This document shows, one piece after another, positions 1 through 7,286 of a stretch of DNA of 12,517 nt. The translations under genes and the position numbers were made by a program. Where the stretch lies: UHGV virus genome UHGV-1669581; one strand, 5' to 3'. The notes beneath the pieces were generated by a model. That model worked only from the letters and a program-made list of their open reading frames with translations, was not told the DNA's origin and made no database searches. Positions within the stretch are counted from its first letter, which is position 1, and each line of letters begins with the position of its first letter. This DNA is from a virus.

Positions 1-123
1 GCCATCAAACCACGTCAAATAATCAATTATGACGCAGGTATCGTATTAATTGATCTGCATCAACTTAACGTAAAAACAACTTCAGACAATACAAATCAGC
101 GACACTGAATACAGGGCAACCTC

Positions 124-357
124 ATGTCAACGAAGAACAGAACCCGCAGAACAACAACCCGCAACATCCGCTTTCCTAACCAAATGATTGAACAAATTAA
201 CATCGCTCTTGTTCAAAAAGGGTCCGGGAATTTCTCAGCCTGGGTCATTGAAGCCTGCCGCCGGAGACTGTGCTCAGAAAAAAGAGTTTCGCCTGAAGCA
301 AACAAAGAAAAGAGTGACATTACTGAATTGCTCAGAAAACAGGTTAGACCAGATTGA
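124..357 (+). CDS. Small ribbon-helix-helix (Arc/MetJ/CopG-like) DNA-binding protein, 77 aa
   Basis: N-terminal basic tail (MSTKNRTRRTTTR) followed by a beta-strand/helix/helix pattern, NIRFPNQ / MIEQINIALVQKG / NFSAWVIEACRRRL, which parallels the Arc repressor layout (PQFNLRWPRE / VLDLVRKVAEENG / ...). Lies immediately upstream of the AT-rich ORF at 415..825 on the same strand. Weak RBS. Confidence 0.5.
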   Translation: MSTKNRTRRTTTRNIRFPNQMIEQINIALVQKGSGNFSAWVIEACRRRLCSEKRVSPEANKEKSDITELLRKQVRPD

Positions 358-414
358 AGCAATCTAGATAATCGTGCAGACTACGCCCCCTCATATCACA
401 TGGAAGGTACTACA

Positions 415-825
415 ATGGCTCAGGTTGCCATTTTTAAACAAATATTCGATAAAGTGCGAAATAATTTAAACTATCACTGGTTTTATTCTGAACTAAAACG
501 TCACAATGTCTCACATTACATTTACTATTTAGCCACAGAGAATATTCATCTTGTTCTTGAAAACGATAATACGGTTTTAATAAAAGGACAGGGTAAGGTT
601 GTAAATGTAAGATTTTCAAAAAATAAATGCCTTATAGAAGCCACCTTAAAAGGATTCAAATCAGGAGAGTTATCATTTTACGAATACAGGAAAAATCTTG
701 CTACAGCAGGGGTTTTCAGATGGATTACAAATATCCACGAAAACAAAAGGTATTACTATACCTTTGATAATTCATTACTCTTTACTGAGAACATTCAGAA
801 CACTACACAAATATTTCCGCACTAA
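415..825 (+). CDS. Hypothetical protein, AT-rich moron; possibly a YbcV/DUF1398-like post-lysis accessory protein
   Basis: Open frame 400..825; the ATG at 415 has a GGAAGG RBS about 9 nt upstream, so 415 is the preferred start. Visibly AT-rich with atypical codon usage. Tyr/Asn-rich sequence with no recognisable catalytic motif. The position past the lysis cassette on the opposite strand matches where DLP12 carries borD/ybcV/ybcW/ylcI. Confidence 0.5.
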   Translation: MAQVAIFKQIFDKVRNNLNYHWFYSELKRHNVSHYIYYLATENIHLVLENDNTVLIKGQGKVVNVRFSKNKCLIEATLKGFKSGELSFYEYRKNLATAGVFRWITNIHENKRYYYTFDNSLLFTENIQNTTQIFPH

Positions 826-1111
826 ATCATAACGTCCGGTTTCTTCCGTGCCAGAACCGGACTCGCTGGCATGATGAAATATGTGTACCCGGTACCCCCG
901 GTGTGCATCGTTTTTGATTATTCCCGCACACTCGCGCAGAAGGAGTTCCCCGTCGGGCTACGGTCTCTGTTAATACGGGAACACGGCGACGATACAGCGC
1001 ATGATGTGTCAGGCTTGAATACCTTTATCCTTTAAAAGGGATATCAGTTAAGTTATCCCGTGTAGGGTATAAGCCATTATCAAGCCCACCCGTAGATAGG
1101 CTTTGTAATGG

Positions 1112-1369
1112 CTACTTCGCTTTTGCTTCCGCTCGCTTACGCCGGCGCTCTTCTTTCCTCTCGGCTTTTGCCATGTCCATGAATGCCTGCATGATCGAGT
1201 TCCGCATCATGTAGCTAACAAAGTGATGATTGACACAGCCGTTGAGGCGCAGCTGCTCGCCAAACTCATCCACCGAGGCCAATGCTTCCATCATGCCCTT
1301 CTCGCCTTTCATGAACTCTGAGAAGTCGCGCCCCGCTCTGGAGGCGCATTCAATAACACGATCACTCAT
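1112..1369 (-). CDS. Hypothetical small protein with a strongly basic C-terminal tail (KAERKEERRRKRAEAKAK)
   Basis: 85-aa ORF whose ATG overlaps the stop of the upstream KilA-N gene (ATGA at 1366..1369), implying translational coupling. No recognisable domain. Confidence 0.5.
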   Translation of the reverse strand: MSDRVIECASRAGRDFSEFMKGEKGMMEALASVDEFGEQLRLNGCVNHHFVSYMMRNSIMQAFMDMAKAERKEERRRKRAEAKAK

Positions 1370-1863
1370 CCCGGAAGCCCGGGGATCGTAATCTGCAGCT
1401 GGTTAGCCAGGGAGTTAATCTCAGCGACCAACACTGGCTTCGTATAGCGCCATGCTGCCAGCCCTTGTCCGCAGAAGCTCGCCATGTCTTTCTTCTGGTC
1501 AAACTCATGACATTTCATGTTGAGCTGCGCACTTAAGCTGTTGCGATGCTGAAGTTCTCCGGTGAAGTAGTCATCGAGGACTTTATAGGCCGCGTACTTG
1601 AACCCGGGGTTTAACCAAGCCGCATAATCGTAAGCAACAAACTTCCCGCCATATGTTCCACCGTGTACACCGCGCTCAGTAAAAACCACAGATTCGTGGT
1701 TTTTCTCCAGCTCGGCTAAGAACTCTTTGGTCTGCTTGTTTCGCAGGTAGTGGTAAGGCGATTCAGATTCACTTTTACCACTGGCTTTCCACATATCAGT
1801 GAGGCAGATCATGCCATCTTCACCGATACGAATTGGTTGATTGAAGAGGGTTAATGATTTCAT
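1366..1863 (-). CDS. KilA-N domain protein
   Basis: The N-terminal region (ICLTDMWKASG...YLRNKQTKEFLAEL...GGTYGGKFVAYDYAAWLNPGF) follows the KilA-N pattern (xLxDxxKAxG...WLRNxQTxELIxEL...GTYVxxELxxxYAxWxSP) also seen in the ORF at 5757..6554. Confidence 0.6.
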   Translation of the reverse strand: MKSLTLFNQPIRIGEDGMICLTDMWKASGKSESESPYHYLRNKQTKEFLAELEKNHESVVFTERGVHGGTYGGKFVAYDYAAWLNPGFKYAAYKVLDDYFTGELQHRNSLSAQLNMKCHEFDQKKDMASFCGQGLAAWRYTKPVLVAEINSLANQLQITIPGLPG

Positions 1864-1974
1864 AGCGTGTACCTACTCTTTGAAATGAACCTTTGCCGCA
1901 CAGGAAACCAGCCCACCGAGGCTCGCCAGCACTAACTGGTATCCTCAAAGGCCCATTCCAAAGGGGCAGGTTCG

Positions 1975-2032
1975 GTGTAAAAAACATGCGTTGCGGTACG
2001 CATTTATTGCAAAAAGCCCCGCATCGCGAGGC
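1975..2032 (-). terminator. Two tandem rho-independent terminator-like hairpins immediately downstream of Rz
   Basis: On the minus strand: ATGCGT-accgca-ACGCAT followed by GTTTTTTACA (plus coords about 1975..2003), and GCCTCGC-gat-GCGGGGC (one G-U pair) followed by TTTTTGCAATAAA (plus coords about 2008..2032). Confidence 0.5.
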
Positions 2033-2064
2033 TCATTAAATGGACTTTGTGATTTGCAAAAAAA

Positions 2065-2526
2065 TTAATTCAGGCATTGCGTCCTGATGTATTCCTGCAG
2101 GTAGTTAACCTGCGCGGTTATCTTGTCGATTCCACTTCGGAGACGGTAATAATTGAGTTCAGCATCTGCTGTAAGTCCTGGGCTTTCTCCATCGCCCATG
2201 CCGCTGGCTCCGGTCGTTGACTTTGCACAGGTGGCAGCGACTTGCAGGCGCTTACGCCCAGCAGAAACATCAGCACGGAGACTTTCGATAGTCGCGTTAG
2301 CATCAGCAAGCTCCTTTGTGTATCTGGCGTCAAGTTCTGCTACGTCACGTTGACGCTTCTGCATATCAGAGATGGTCGCCATAGCCGAATCTAATGCCAT
2401 AGCATTCTCATCACGCTGCTTTTTGTATTCAATAGCTTTATTGTGGTAATGATTCACTGAACAGATAAAAGAACCAACGACAGAAACGAAGAAAACAGCG
2501 ATAACCAGCTTATAGCTCAACTTCAT
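2065..2526 (-). CDS. Rz: Rz i-spanin (inner-membrane spanin subunit)
   Basis: 153 aa with an N-terminal TM segment (LVIAVFFVSVVGSFICSVNHY). Clear similarity to lambda Rz (VNHY..NAI.YK.QRD.NA...MQ.RQRDVA.LDA.YTKELADA...LR.DV.AGR.RL). Follows the endolysin gene with a 17-nt overlap. Confidence 0.88.
   Translation of the reverse strand: MKLSYKLVIAVFFVSVVGSFICSVNHYHNKAIEYKKQRDENAMALDSAMATISDMQKRQRDVAELDARYTKELADANATIESLRADVSAGRKRLQVAATCAKSTTGASGMGDGESPGLTADAELNYYRLRSGIDKITAQVNYLQEYIRTQCLN
2118..2303 (-). CDS. Rz1: Rz1 o-spanin, outer-membrane lipoprotein embedded out of frame within Rz
   Basis: ORF in a different frame, wholly inside Rz. ATG at 2303 with an AAGGAG RBS about 8 nt upstream. Lipoprotein signal peptide MLTRLSKVSVLMFLLGVSA|C with lipobox VSAC, then a Pro-rich mature region (CKSLPPVQSQRPEPAAW) like lambda Rz1. 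The ORF track's longer start at 2333 is a TTG codon. Confidence 0.78.
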   Translation of the reverse strand: MLTRLSKVSVLMFLLGVSACKSLPPVQSQRPEPAAWAMEKAQDLQQMLNSIITVSEVESTR

Positions 2527-2986
2527 TTACCACCCCACCAGCCTCTTTAAACCGGGCAATCAGGTCACCGATTTTATGTTCATACTGACCGTAACCAGCG
2601 CCCGGCAGTGAAGCCCAGATATTGCTGCAACGATCGATAGCCTGACGAATATCGCCGCGATCAATCATCGGTAAAGCGCCACGCTCTTTAATCTGCTGCA
2701 ATGCCACAGCATCCTGGCTTTTTGGAGAGAAGTCTTTCAACCCAAGCTGCTTGCGGTAAGCATCCCACCAGCGTGAAAGAAGTTGATAACGGCCTGCAGC
2801 TGTTGATTTGAGTTTCGGGTTTAGCGTGACAAGTTTGCGAGGGTGATCGGAGTAATCAGTGAAGAGTTCTCCACCGACAATAACGTCATAACCGTGGTTA
2901 CGTGTCAGTTGTCGCCCGTTATCCGTTCCCTCTGACCATGCCACCATATCCAGGAAAGCTTTACGCTGGGAATTTAGTACCTGCAT
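2510..2986 (-). CDS. R: Endolysin, lambda R-type lytic transglycosylase
   Basis: 158 aa, near-collinear with lambda R as recalled (NSQRKAFLDM.AWSEGTDNGRQ.TRNHGYDVIVGGELFTDYSDHPRKLVTLNPKLKST.AGRYQLLSRWWDAYRKQLGLKDFSPKSQDAVALQQIKERGALPMIDRGDIRQAIDRCSNIWASLPGAGYGQ). Confidence 0.95.
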   Translation of the reverse strand: MQVLNSQRKAFLDMVAWSEGTDNGRQLTRNHGYDVIVGGELFTDYSDHPRKLVTLNPKLKSTAAGRYQLLSRWWDAYRKQLGLKDFSPKSQDAVALQQIKERGALPMIDRGDIRQAIDRCSNIWASLPGAGYGQYEHKIGDLIARFKEAGGVVNEVEL

Positions 2987-2989
2987 AAA

Positions 2990-3316
2990 TTACTCCTTAG
3001 AGCCACCAAACTTGTTACCGATTACTCTCATTGCAGCCCCACGAATAGCATCAACACCGATCAGCCCCACCCCACCACCAATGGCAACAGATAGTGATTT
3101 AGGCCATCCGACATACTCAAGAGCGGATGCAAAAGTCAGCGTCAGAGCGCCACAGAGTAGAATTTCGAGTGTTTTTCGCTTCCAGCCGCCACCACCGCCA
3201 AAATAGGCAATACGTAAACCAGCCATAACAATCGACATAATCACTGCGCCCAGCGGTGTGTCTCCACGCCACCAGCTCTGGACCAACTCCAGCCATGTAT
3301 TTGGGTTATGAGGCAT
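2990..3316 (-). CDS. S: Class I holin, lambda S-like
   Basis: 108 aa with three hydrophobic segments and a charged C-terminus. The pattern parallels lambda S (GAILAFAMAYLRGRYNGG...IIAWF... versus GAVIMSIVMAGLRIAYFGGGGG...). Sits directly upstream of R with a 3-nt gap. GAGGTGAGAG RBS. Confidence 0.82.
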   Translation of the reverse strand: MPHNPNTWLELVQSWWRGDTPLGAVIMSIVMAGLRIAYFGGGGGWKRKTLEILLCGALTLTFASALEYVGWPKSLSVAIGGGVGLIGVDAIRGAAMRVIGNKFGGSKE

Positions 3317-3454
3317 TTGTAGTTATCTCTCACCTCGCTGATACAGCAGGTGCAAATTGAGGAAACATCATGTACCGCAAATCAGAAGCGGAAACGTCAA
3401 AGAAGCCGAACCAATGGATAACTGCGGAATAGGCAAGGACCAACGAATCCCCAG

Positions 3455-3490
3455 CCCCAGAAACGACAAAACCCGCTCGACGGCGGGTTT
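3455..3490 (-). terminator. Rho-independent terminator-like hairpin (tR'-like position) between the moron and the holin
   Basis: Minus strand: AAACCCGC-cgtcga-GCGGGTTT followed by TGTCGTTTC. Perfect 8-bp inverted repeat at plus coords 3469..3490. Confidence 0.5.
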
Positions 3491-3582
3491 AAGCTGTGTG
3501 GCGAAGTAACCACTCTTAACACATTACATGATAAAATGCGGACCGCGTTAGTAATATTTTTCTCATATATTGGGTTCACTAC

Positions 3583-4329
3583 ATGCGACATAATTTTTCT
3601 AAAGACACTATAAAAAAATTAGCAGAGCGGGCAGCATTCATTTGTTCAAACCCTTCATGCCCTAGATTGACCATTGGCCCATCAATTGATGGCAATAAAT
3701 CAATCAAGACAGGAGTTGCTGCTCACATATGTGCAGCATCTCCTGATGGCCCACGCTATGACATGTCACAATCAGAAACAGAAAGGAAGTCAATTAACAA
3801 TGGCATATGGCTGTGTGCTACTTGTTCTGTATTAATAGATAAGAATCAGGGGCTAGACTATCCGGCACCTGTATTAAGAAAATGGAAAAAAGATCATGAA
3901 AGCCTTATAAGCTCCTGTCTTGAAGGTTCGATTAATATTACCTTCGATGCTTTGAAATATATTCAACAGCATGATGAAAGAAATCTGGCAAAAAAGATTA
4001 TAAATGAATTGGATGATAAAGGGGCTTTGTTCGTAGAATATCATCTTGAAAACCCCTGTTTTGTTGCCGAATCACTCAAAGAGTTAAGAACATGTTTGAC
4101 CTCTTTGCTTTCTCAAATCCCAGATGAATCACCTCTATTTATCGTTTGCAAGTCAATTCGAGAAGCATGCCGTTATTATATGAACAACACTTCTAAAGAC
4201 GCAGGGATTAAAGAGTTAGAATTTTCGTTGGGAGCTGTCAGAAAAATCGTAGGTATCAACGTTAAAAGAATATCAGAAACCTACGGGGTTAAACCTAGCC
4301 CACAATTATCTACCATAATGCCAGATTAA
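3583..4329 (+). CDS. HNH-like nuclease-domain protein with an uncharacterised C-terminal domain; AT-rich moron between Q and the holin (candidate accessory or defence gene)
   Basis: 248-aa ORF on the strand opposite the late genes, visibly AT-rich. The N-terminal ~110 aa carry a zinc-finger HNH-like signature: C21-x4-C26 (CSNPSC), AAH48ICAAS..GPR, N72/N73-G-I-W-L-C78-x2-C81. The C-terminal ~135 aa have no motif I recognise. Followed by its own hairpin terminator. Confidence 0.6.
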   Translation: MRHNFSKDTIKKLAERAAFICSNPSCPRLTIGPSIDGNKSIKTGVAAHICAASPDGPRYDMSQSETERKSINNGIWLCATCSVLIDKNQGLDYPAPVLRKWKKDHESLISSCLEGSINITFDALKYIQQHDERNLAKKIINELDDKGALFVEYHLENPCFVAESLKELRTCLTSLLSQIPDESPLFIVCKSIREACRYYMNNTSKDAGIKELEFSLGAVRKIVGINVKRISETYGVKPSPQLSTIMPD

Positions 4330-4338
4330 ATCTGTTAC

Positions 4339-4381
4339 GCAGCAACAAAGTTAAACTCTATGTTGCTGCCTTAATTTTATT
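4339..4381 (+). terminator. Rho-independent terminator of the moron gene
   Basis: GCAGCAACA-(13-nt loop)-TGTTGCTGC (9-bp stem at 4339..4347 / 4361..4369) followed by CTTAATTTTATT. Begins 10 nt after the moron stop and overlaps the 3' end of the Q gene on the other strand. Confidence 0.65.
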
Positions 4382-4745
4382 ACTCCATTTCTAAACGAAT
4401 ATCCAGCATCGAGAGACAACCATCTATAAACCCTTCAGCCAACTGTATCTCTATACGTATCAATTTCTCATCTTTTTTGTATGCTTTTGCTATCTTCCTT
4501 TTCGAGATGCCATACAGGTAATGAGCCACAATCAGAGAGTGCTCATACGGTTTTCTCTTCTTAAGAAGAGCAAGACAACCTTCAATAATTAATGCATCAC
4601 TATCTGAACAAGCCTGACGTGTTTTGCTTGTGTAGGGAAGAAGCCCCTTAAACCCAGCAGCTATAGGCGAATAGTCTACTCCAGAACTATCACTCGCCGC
4701 CCATGCTCCCCAACGCTCCAGAACCATCTGAATATCACGCATCAA
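4380..4745 (-). CDS. Late-gene antitermination protein Q-like (small, QuuD/DLP12-type)
   Basis: 121 aa, last gene of the early-right operon and immediately upstream of the lysis region. The N-terminus (MRDIQMVLERWGAWAA...AAGFKGL) matches my recollection of small Q-family antiterminators. Cys/His-containing. Confidence 0.6.
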   Translation of the reverse strand: MMRDIQMVLERWGAWAASDSSGVDYSPIAAGFKGLLPYTSKTRQACSDSDALIIEGCLALLKKRKPYEHSLIVAHYLYGISKRKIAKAYKKDEKLIRIEIQLAEGFIDGCLSMLDIRLEME

Positions 4746-4759
4746 CTTTCTCCACCAAA

Positions 4760-5755
4760 TCAGGCCAACACACCAATCGCCAGCGCGCGATCGATAAAAC
4801 GAAATATCAGCTCCAGTTGGGAGCCATACTTCTCTTCAAATGCCACGGTATCCGCATGCAGCTCGTCGTGATGCTTTCTGCACAAAGGCAACACAAAGAG
4901 GTCATGCGCTTTTGTACCCATTCCACCCTGACCGTGACCTATCAGGTGGTGGGGATCATCAGCAGGCTTTCCACAACATGCACACGGCTGTGTCTTAACC
5001 CAGCGCGTGTACTTTTCATTAACCCAGCGGCGGCGTTTTGGGCGTAACATAAAAGACTCCGGCGACTCCGGATCCACTTTCAGCGCCAGCACCTTTTTCG
5101 CCTTATCCTGGATGATGCTGGTGGCAGGAACCGAAGGCACAAGGTCACTTTCCCGGGTGACAGACGGCACAACAGGCTTCGGTAATCTCAGTGCCTTACG
5201 GGCTGCACTTTCCGGTAAGGCATCTGCCAGATCATTACGAATCAGCCACCAGCACAGTTCCGGCATTGTCACAACGTGACTATCATCAAAACCGAGATCC
5301 CGACGCACAACAGACAACACCCAGCGGGCACAGTTATCCGTTGCCATTGATTCCAGCCGTTCCGTGAACTGATCGCGAAGCTGGTTATCGCAGTGCCAGC
5401 ACAGACGGATTGCGCCCGGCGCGTGTCGCATTGTGGTCATATTCTCGCTGTGCCAGTCGGAATGAGGCCACTGGCAGCCTTTTTCACGAAGTAACCAGCT
5501 TTCAAGACATTCCACCCCACCAGCACGACGAATCACTGCCTCATTACGGAACACGGCCAGAACGGCAGGATCATCCGCCAGCGGTTGTGATGCCGCAGGA
5601 ACGGCACCACTGGCGAAAGATGAATAACGCTCCGGCTCAGGCTCCAGCAGAACACGCCCCTGCATAAACAGGGGCATCAGCTCTGAACCTGGCCTGAACA
5701 ATACGATCCCCATACGCGGGGCTATTTCAGGGGTCAGTAGTGCTCTCACGGTCAC
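4760..5755 (-). CDS. DUF968-like phage protein with a C-terminal HNH-like zinc-binding motif
   Basis: 331 aa. The C-terminus (PCACCGKPADDPHHLIGHGQGGMGTKAHDLFVLPLCRKHHDELH) is a Cys/His cluster typical of the DUF968/HNH-like proteins found upstream of Q in lambdoid prophages. 1-nt gap to the upstream KilA-N gene. Confidence 0.55.
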   Translation of the reverse strand: MTVRALLTPEIAPRMGIVLFRPGSELMPLFMQGRVLLEPEPERYSSFASGAVPAASQPLADDPAVLAVFRNEAVIRRAGGVECLESWLLREKGCQWPHSDWHSENMTTMRHAPGAIRLCWHCDNQLRDQFTERLESMATDNCARWVLSVVRRDLGFDDSHVVTMPELCWWLIRNDLADALPESAARKALRLPKPVVPSVTRESDLVPSVPATSIIQDKAKKVLALKVDPESPESFMLRPKRRRWVNEKYTRWVKTQPCACCGKPADDPHHLIGHGQGGMGTKAHDLFVLPLCRKHHDELHADTVAFEEKYGSQLELIFRFIDRALAIGVLA

Positions 5756-5756
5756 C

Positions 5757-6554
5757 TCAATGAACGGTATCGAGCAGCTTTAACAGCTCAGGGAATCGGG
5801 ATTCGAAGAAATGCGGCTGCGTCTCGCGCGGATTTGCGGGACTGGTGATGTTCTTGCCGAACATGCAGCCTTTCGCCGTCAGCGACCAGAATTTTTTAAT
5901 GTTGTTAATTGCGGTACGGCTGTATCGTTCGCGTTGTTCAACGATCCCCAGCTTCACCATCTGGTGATATGCCTGATTAGCCGTAAGGCGGATACCATAC
6001 TGTTTCAGCAGTGCACTCAGCGACAGCGTGGGGCGACTTGAGCCATCAGGCGCGTCAGCAGGAGCATCAATGGCATAGCGCGGTGCCAGATTCGGTAAGC
6101 CAACAGCCTCCTGAAGCTTCTGACAGGCTCCAAGCACTGATGAGTTAGACAGGTTTAATTCCCTGCGCATAAAGTCCAGCAGGATCACGCCAGCCTGCAT
6201 CTTGTCAGCAGCCTGCCCGGATATTTTTTCCGGTGTGCTGGTTACCATATCGAAAGTACGGATCACCTTCAGATGGAATGACGGGCTGATCCACATTGCA
6301 TAGGCATACACCAGTTCTTTGCAGACATACGTCCCCTGGTTATTTCCGCCACGAATAACGTTAACTGGCTCTATATTGACCGAGTTGCAAATCTGCAACT
6401 CGCTTATTAAACGTTCAGTTTGCTCATTGCGGAGCCAGAATGCAGGCTTATGCTTATCCAGAGAACCGGCAGCCCTGTGCAGATCGTTCAGGCTGTAACG
6501 CCCATAAGCATCACGACGAACTTCAATACCATCAATGACCATCAGATTATTCAT
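5757..6554 (-). CDS. KilA-N domain protein
   Basis: N-terminal region GRYSLNDLHRAAG...KPAFWLRNEQTERLISEL...GTYVCKELVYAYAMWISPSFHL fits KilA-N. The ATG at 6554 has a GAGGAG RBS 9 nt upstream and is preferred; the longer frame opens at 6587. Confidence 0.7.
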   Translation of the reverse strand: MNNLMVIDGIEVRRDAYGRYSLNDLHRAAGSLDKHKPAFWLRNEQTERLISELQICNSVNIEPVNVIRGGNNQGTYVCKELVYAYAMWISPSFHLKVIRTFDMVTSTPEKISGQAADKMQAGVILLDFMRRELNLSNSSVLGACQKLQEAVGLPNLAPRYAIDAPADAPDGSSRPTLSLSALLKQYGIRLTANQAYHQMVKLGIVEQRERYSRTAINNIKKFWSLTAKGCMFGKNITSPANPRETQPHFFESRFPELLKLLDTVH

Positions 6555-6573
6555 ACTTCGTTTCTCCTCTTGA

Positions 6574-6963
6574 TCAGGCGGCTGCACCCGCCGGTTTCTC
6601 GTACTTACTGATAGTGATCTCGACCTTCCCTTCCGGGATAACCGGTCCCCACTCCACCAACATTCTTTTCACTTGGCTGTCGTCTTCCCACACACCCGCG
6701 TAGGTCAGGGCGTCAAACAGCGCCTTGTTATAGTTGTCCAGATCGCGGATCCGGTTATCCGGAGGAAACAACACGATCTCCACTGAAGCAGGTGCCGACG
6801 TTGGTTTCGGCAGACGACGTAACTGCTCAACTATTGCTGCGCACGCTGCGCTCTGGAATTTTCGCCCCGCCGCGCTTATCAGGCTCTTACCAGCAAACGC
6901 CCCTTTGTTGGGGTGTCGCCAGTACGTGTTCACGCTGGGCGGAAAAGGCAGGATCAGCTTCAT
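6574..6963 (-). CDS. rusA: RusA-family Holliday junction resolvase
   Basis: LPFPPSVNTYWRH and PDNRIRDLDNYNKALFDALTYAGVWEDDSQV match the RusA signature ([44 protein letters not shown]). ATGA start/stop overlap with the upstream gene. Confidence 0.9.
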   Translation of the reverse strand: MKLILPFPPSVNTYWRHPNKGAFAGKSLISAAGRKFQSAACAAIVEQLRRLPKPTSAPASVEIVLFPPDNRIRDLDNYNKALFDALTYAGVWEDDSQVKRMLVEWGPVIPEGKVEITISKYEKPAGAAA

Positions 6964-7286
6964 ACTTTCAGGCCCCTCTCATGTAACCAGTGGGTTGCAC
7001 GCAGCTTTGCGTTTTCCTCACCGGCAAGCAGTGCGCGGATAATCCCGACCGCCTCGCTGTCGTCGTCCTTCACCGCGGTATGAAGCGTTATCCCCCGGGC
7101 CACGCCACGCTTTATCGTGATGACGCCTTTTTTCTCCAGTGCGCGAAGATGCTCCACCGCTGCATTCACCGAACGGTATCCCAGCATGGTTGCCACCTCC
7201 TGATTGGTTGGCGGGAAGCCACGTTCTTTCTGATAAGAAATCAGCATATCCAGCACCTGCTGCTGGCATTGAGTTAACGTCGTCAT
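6960..7286 (-). CDS. LexA-like winged-HTH DNA-binding protein (LexA N-terminal domain only, no peptidase domain)
   Basis: LTQCQQQVLDMLISYQKERGFPPTNQEVATMLGYRSVNAAVEHLRALEKKGVITI parallels the LexA N-terminus ([55 protein letters not shown]). 108 aa, ATGA overlaps at both ends. Confidence 0.65.
   Translation of the reverse strand: MTTLTQCQQQVLDMLISYQKERGFPPTNQEVATMLGYRSVNAAVEHLRALEKKGVITIKRGVARGITLHTAVKDDDSEAVGIIRALLAGEENAKLRATHWLHERGLKV

Noticed and set aside
434-619. 61-aa minus-strand ORF antisense to the AT-rich gene at 415..825
   Set aside because: Short, antisense to a longer ORF that has an RBS; AT-rich regions throw up chance ORFs in many frames.
826-1111. Possible prophage end or att site, or a terminator, in the GC-rich convergent intergenic region
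   Set aside because: Only a 7-bp inverted repeat (TCCGGTT...AACCGGA) without a U-tract was found, and no direct repeat matching any other part of the window. There is not enough evidence to call a boundary or a terminator.
2153-2353. 66-aa plus-strand ORF inside Rz/Rz1
   Set aside because: Antisense to the conserved Rz and Rz1 coding region; Ala/Ser-rich shadow ORF.
3317-3582. Possible tRNA genes in the Q-S interval, a common lambdoid feature
   Set aside because: No tRNA-like T-arm (GGTTCGAnTCC) or cloverleaf-compatible segment could be seen by eye; the interval is better explained by a terminator hairpin and promoter-like sequence.
4703-5667. Plus-strand ORFs 4703..5047, 5007..5279 and 5410..5667
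   Set aside because: All antisense to the DUF968-like gene and the Q 5' end, with low-complexity Arg/Ser/Ala-rich translations; shadow ORFs.
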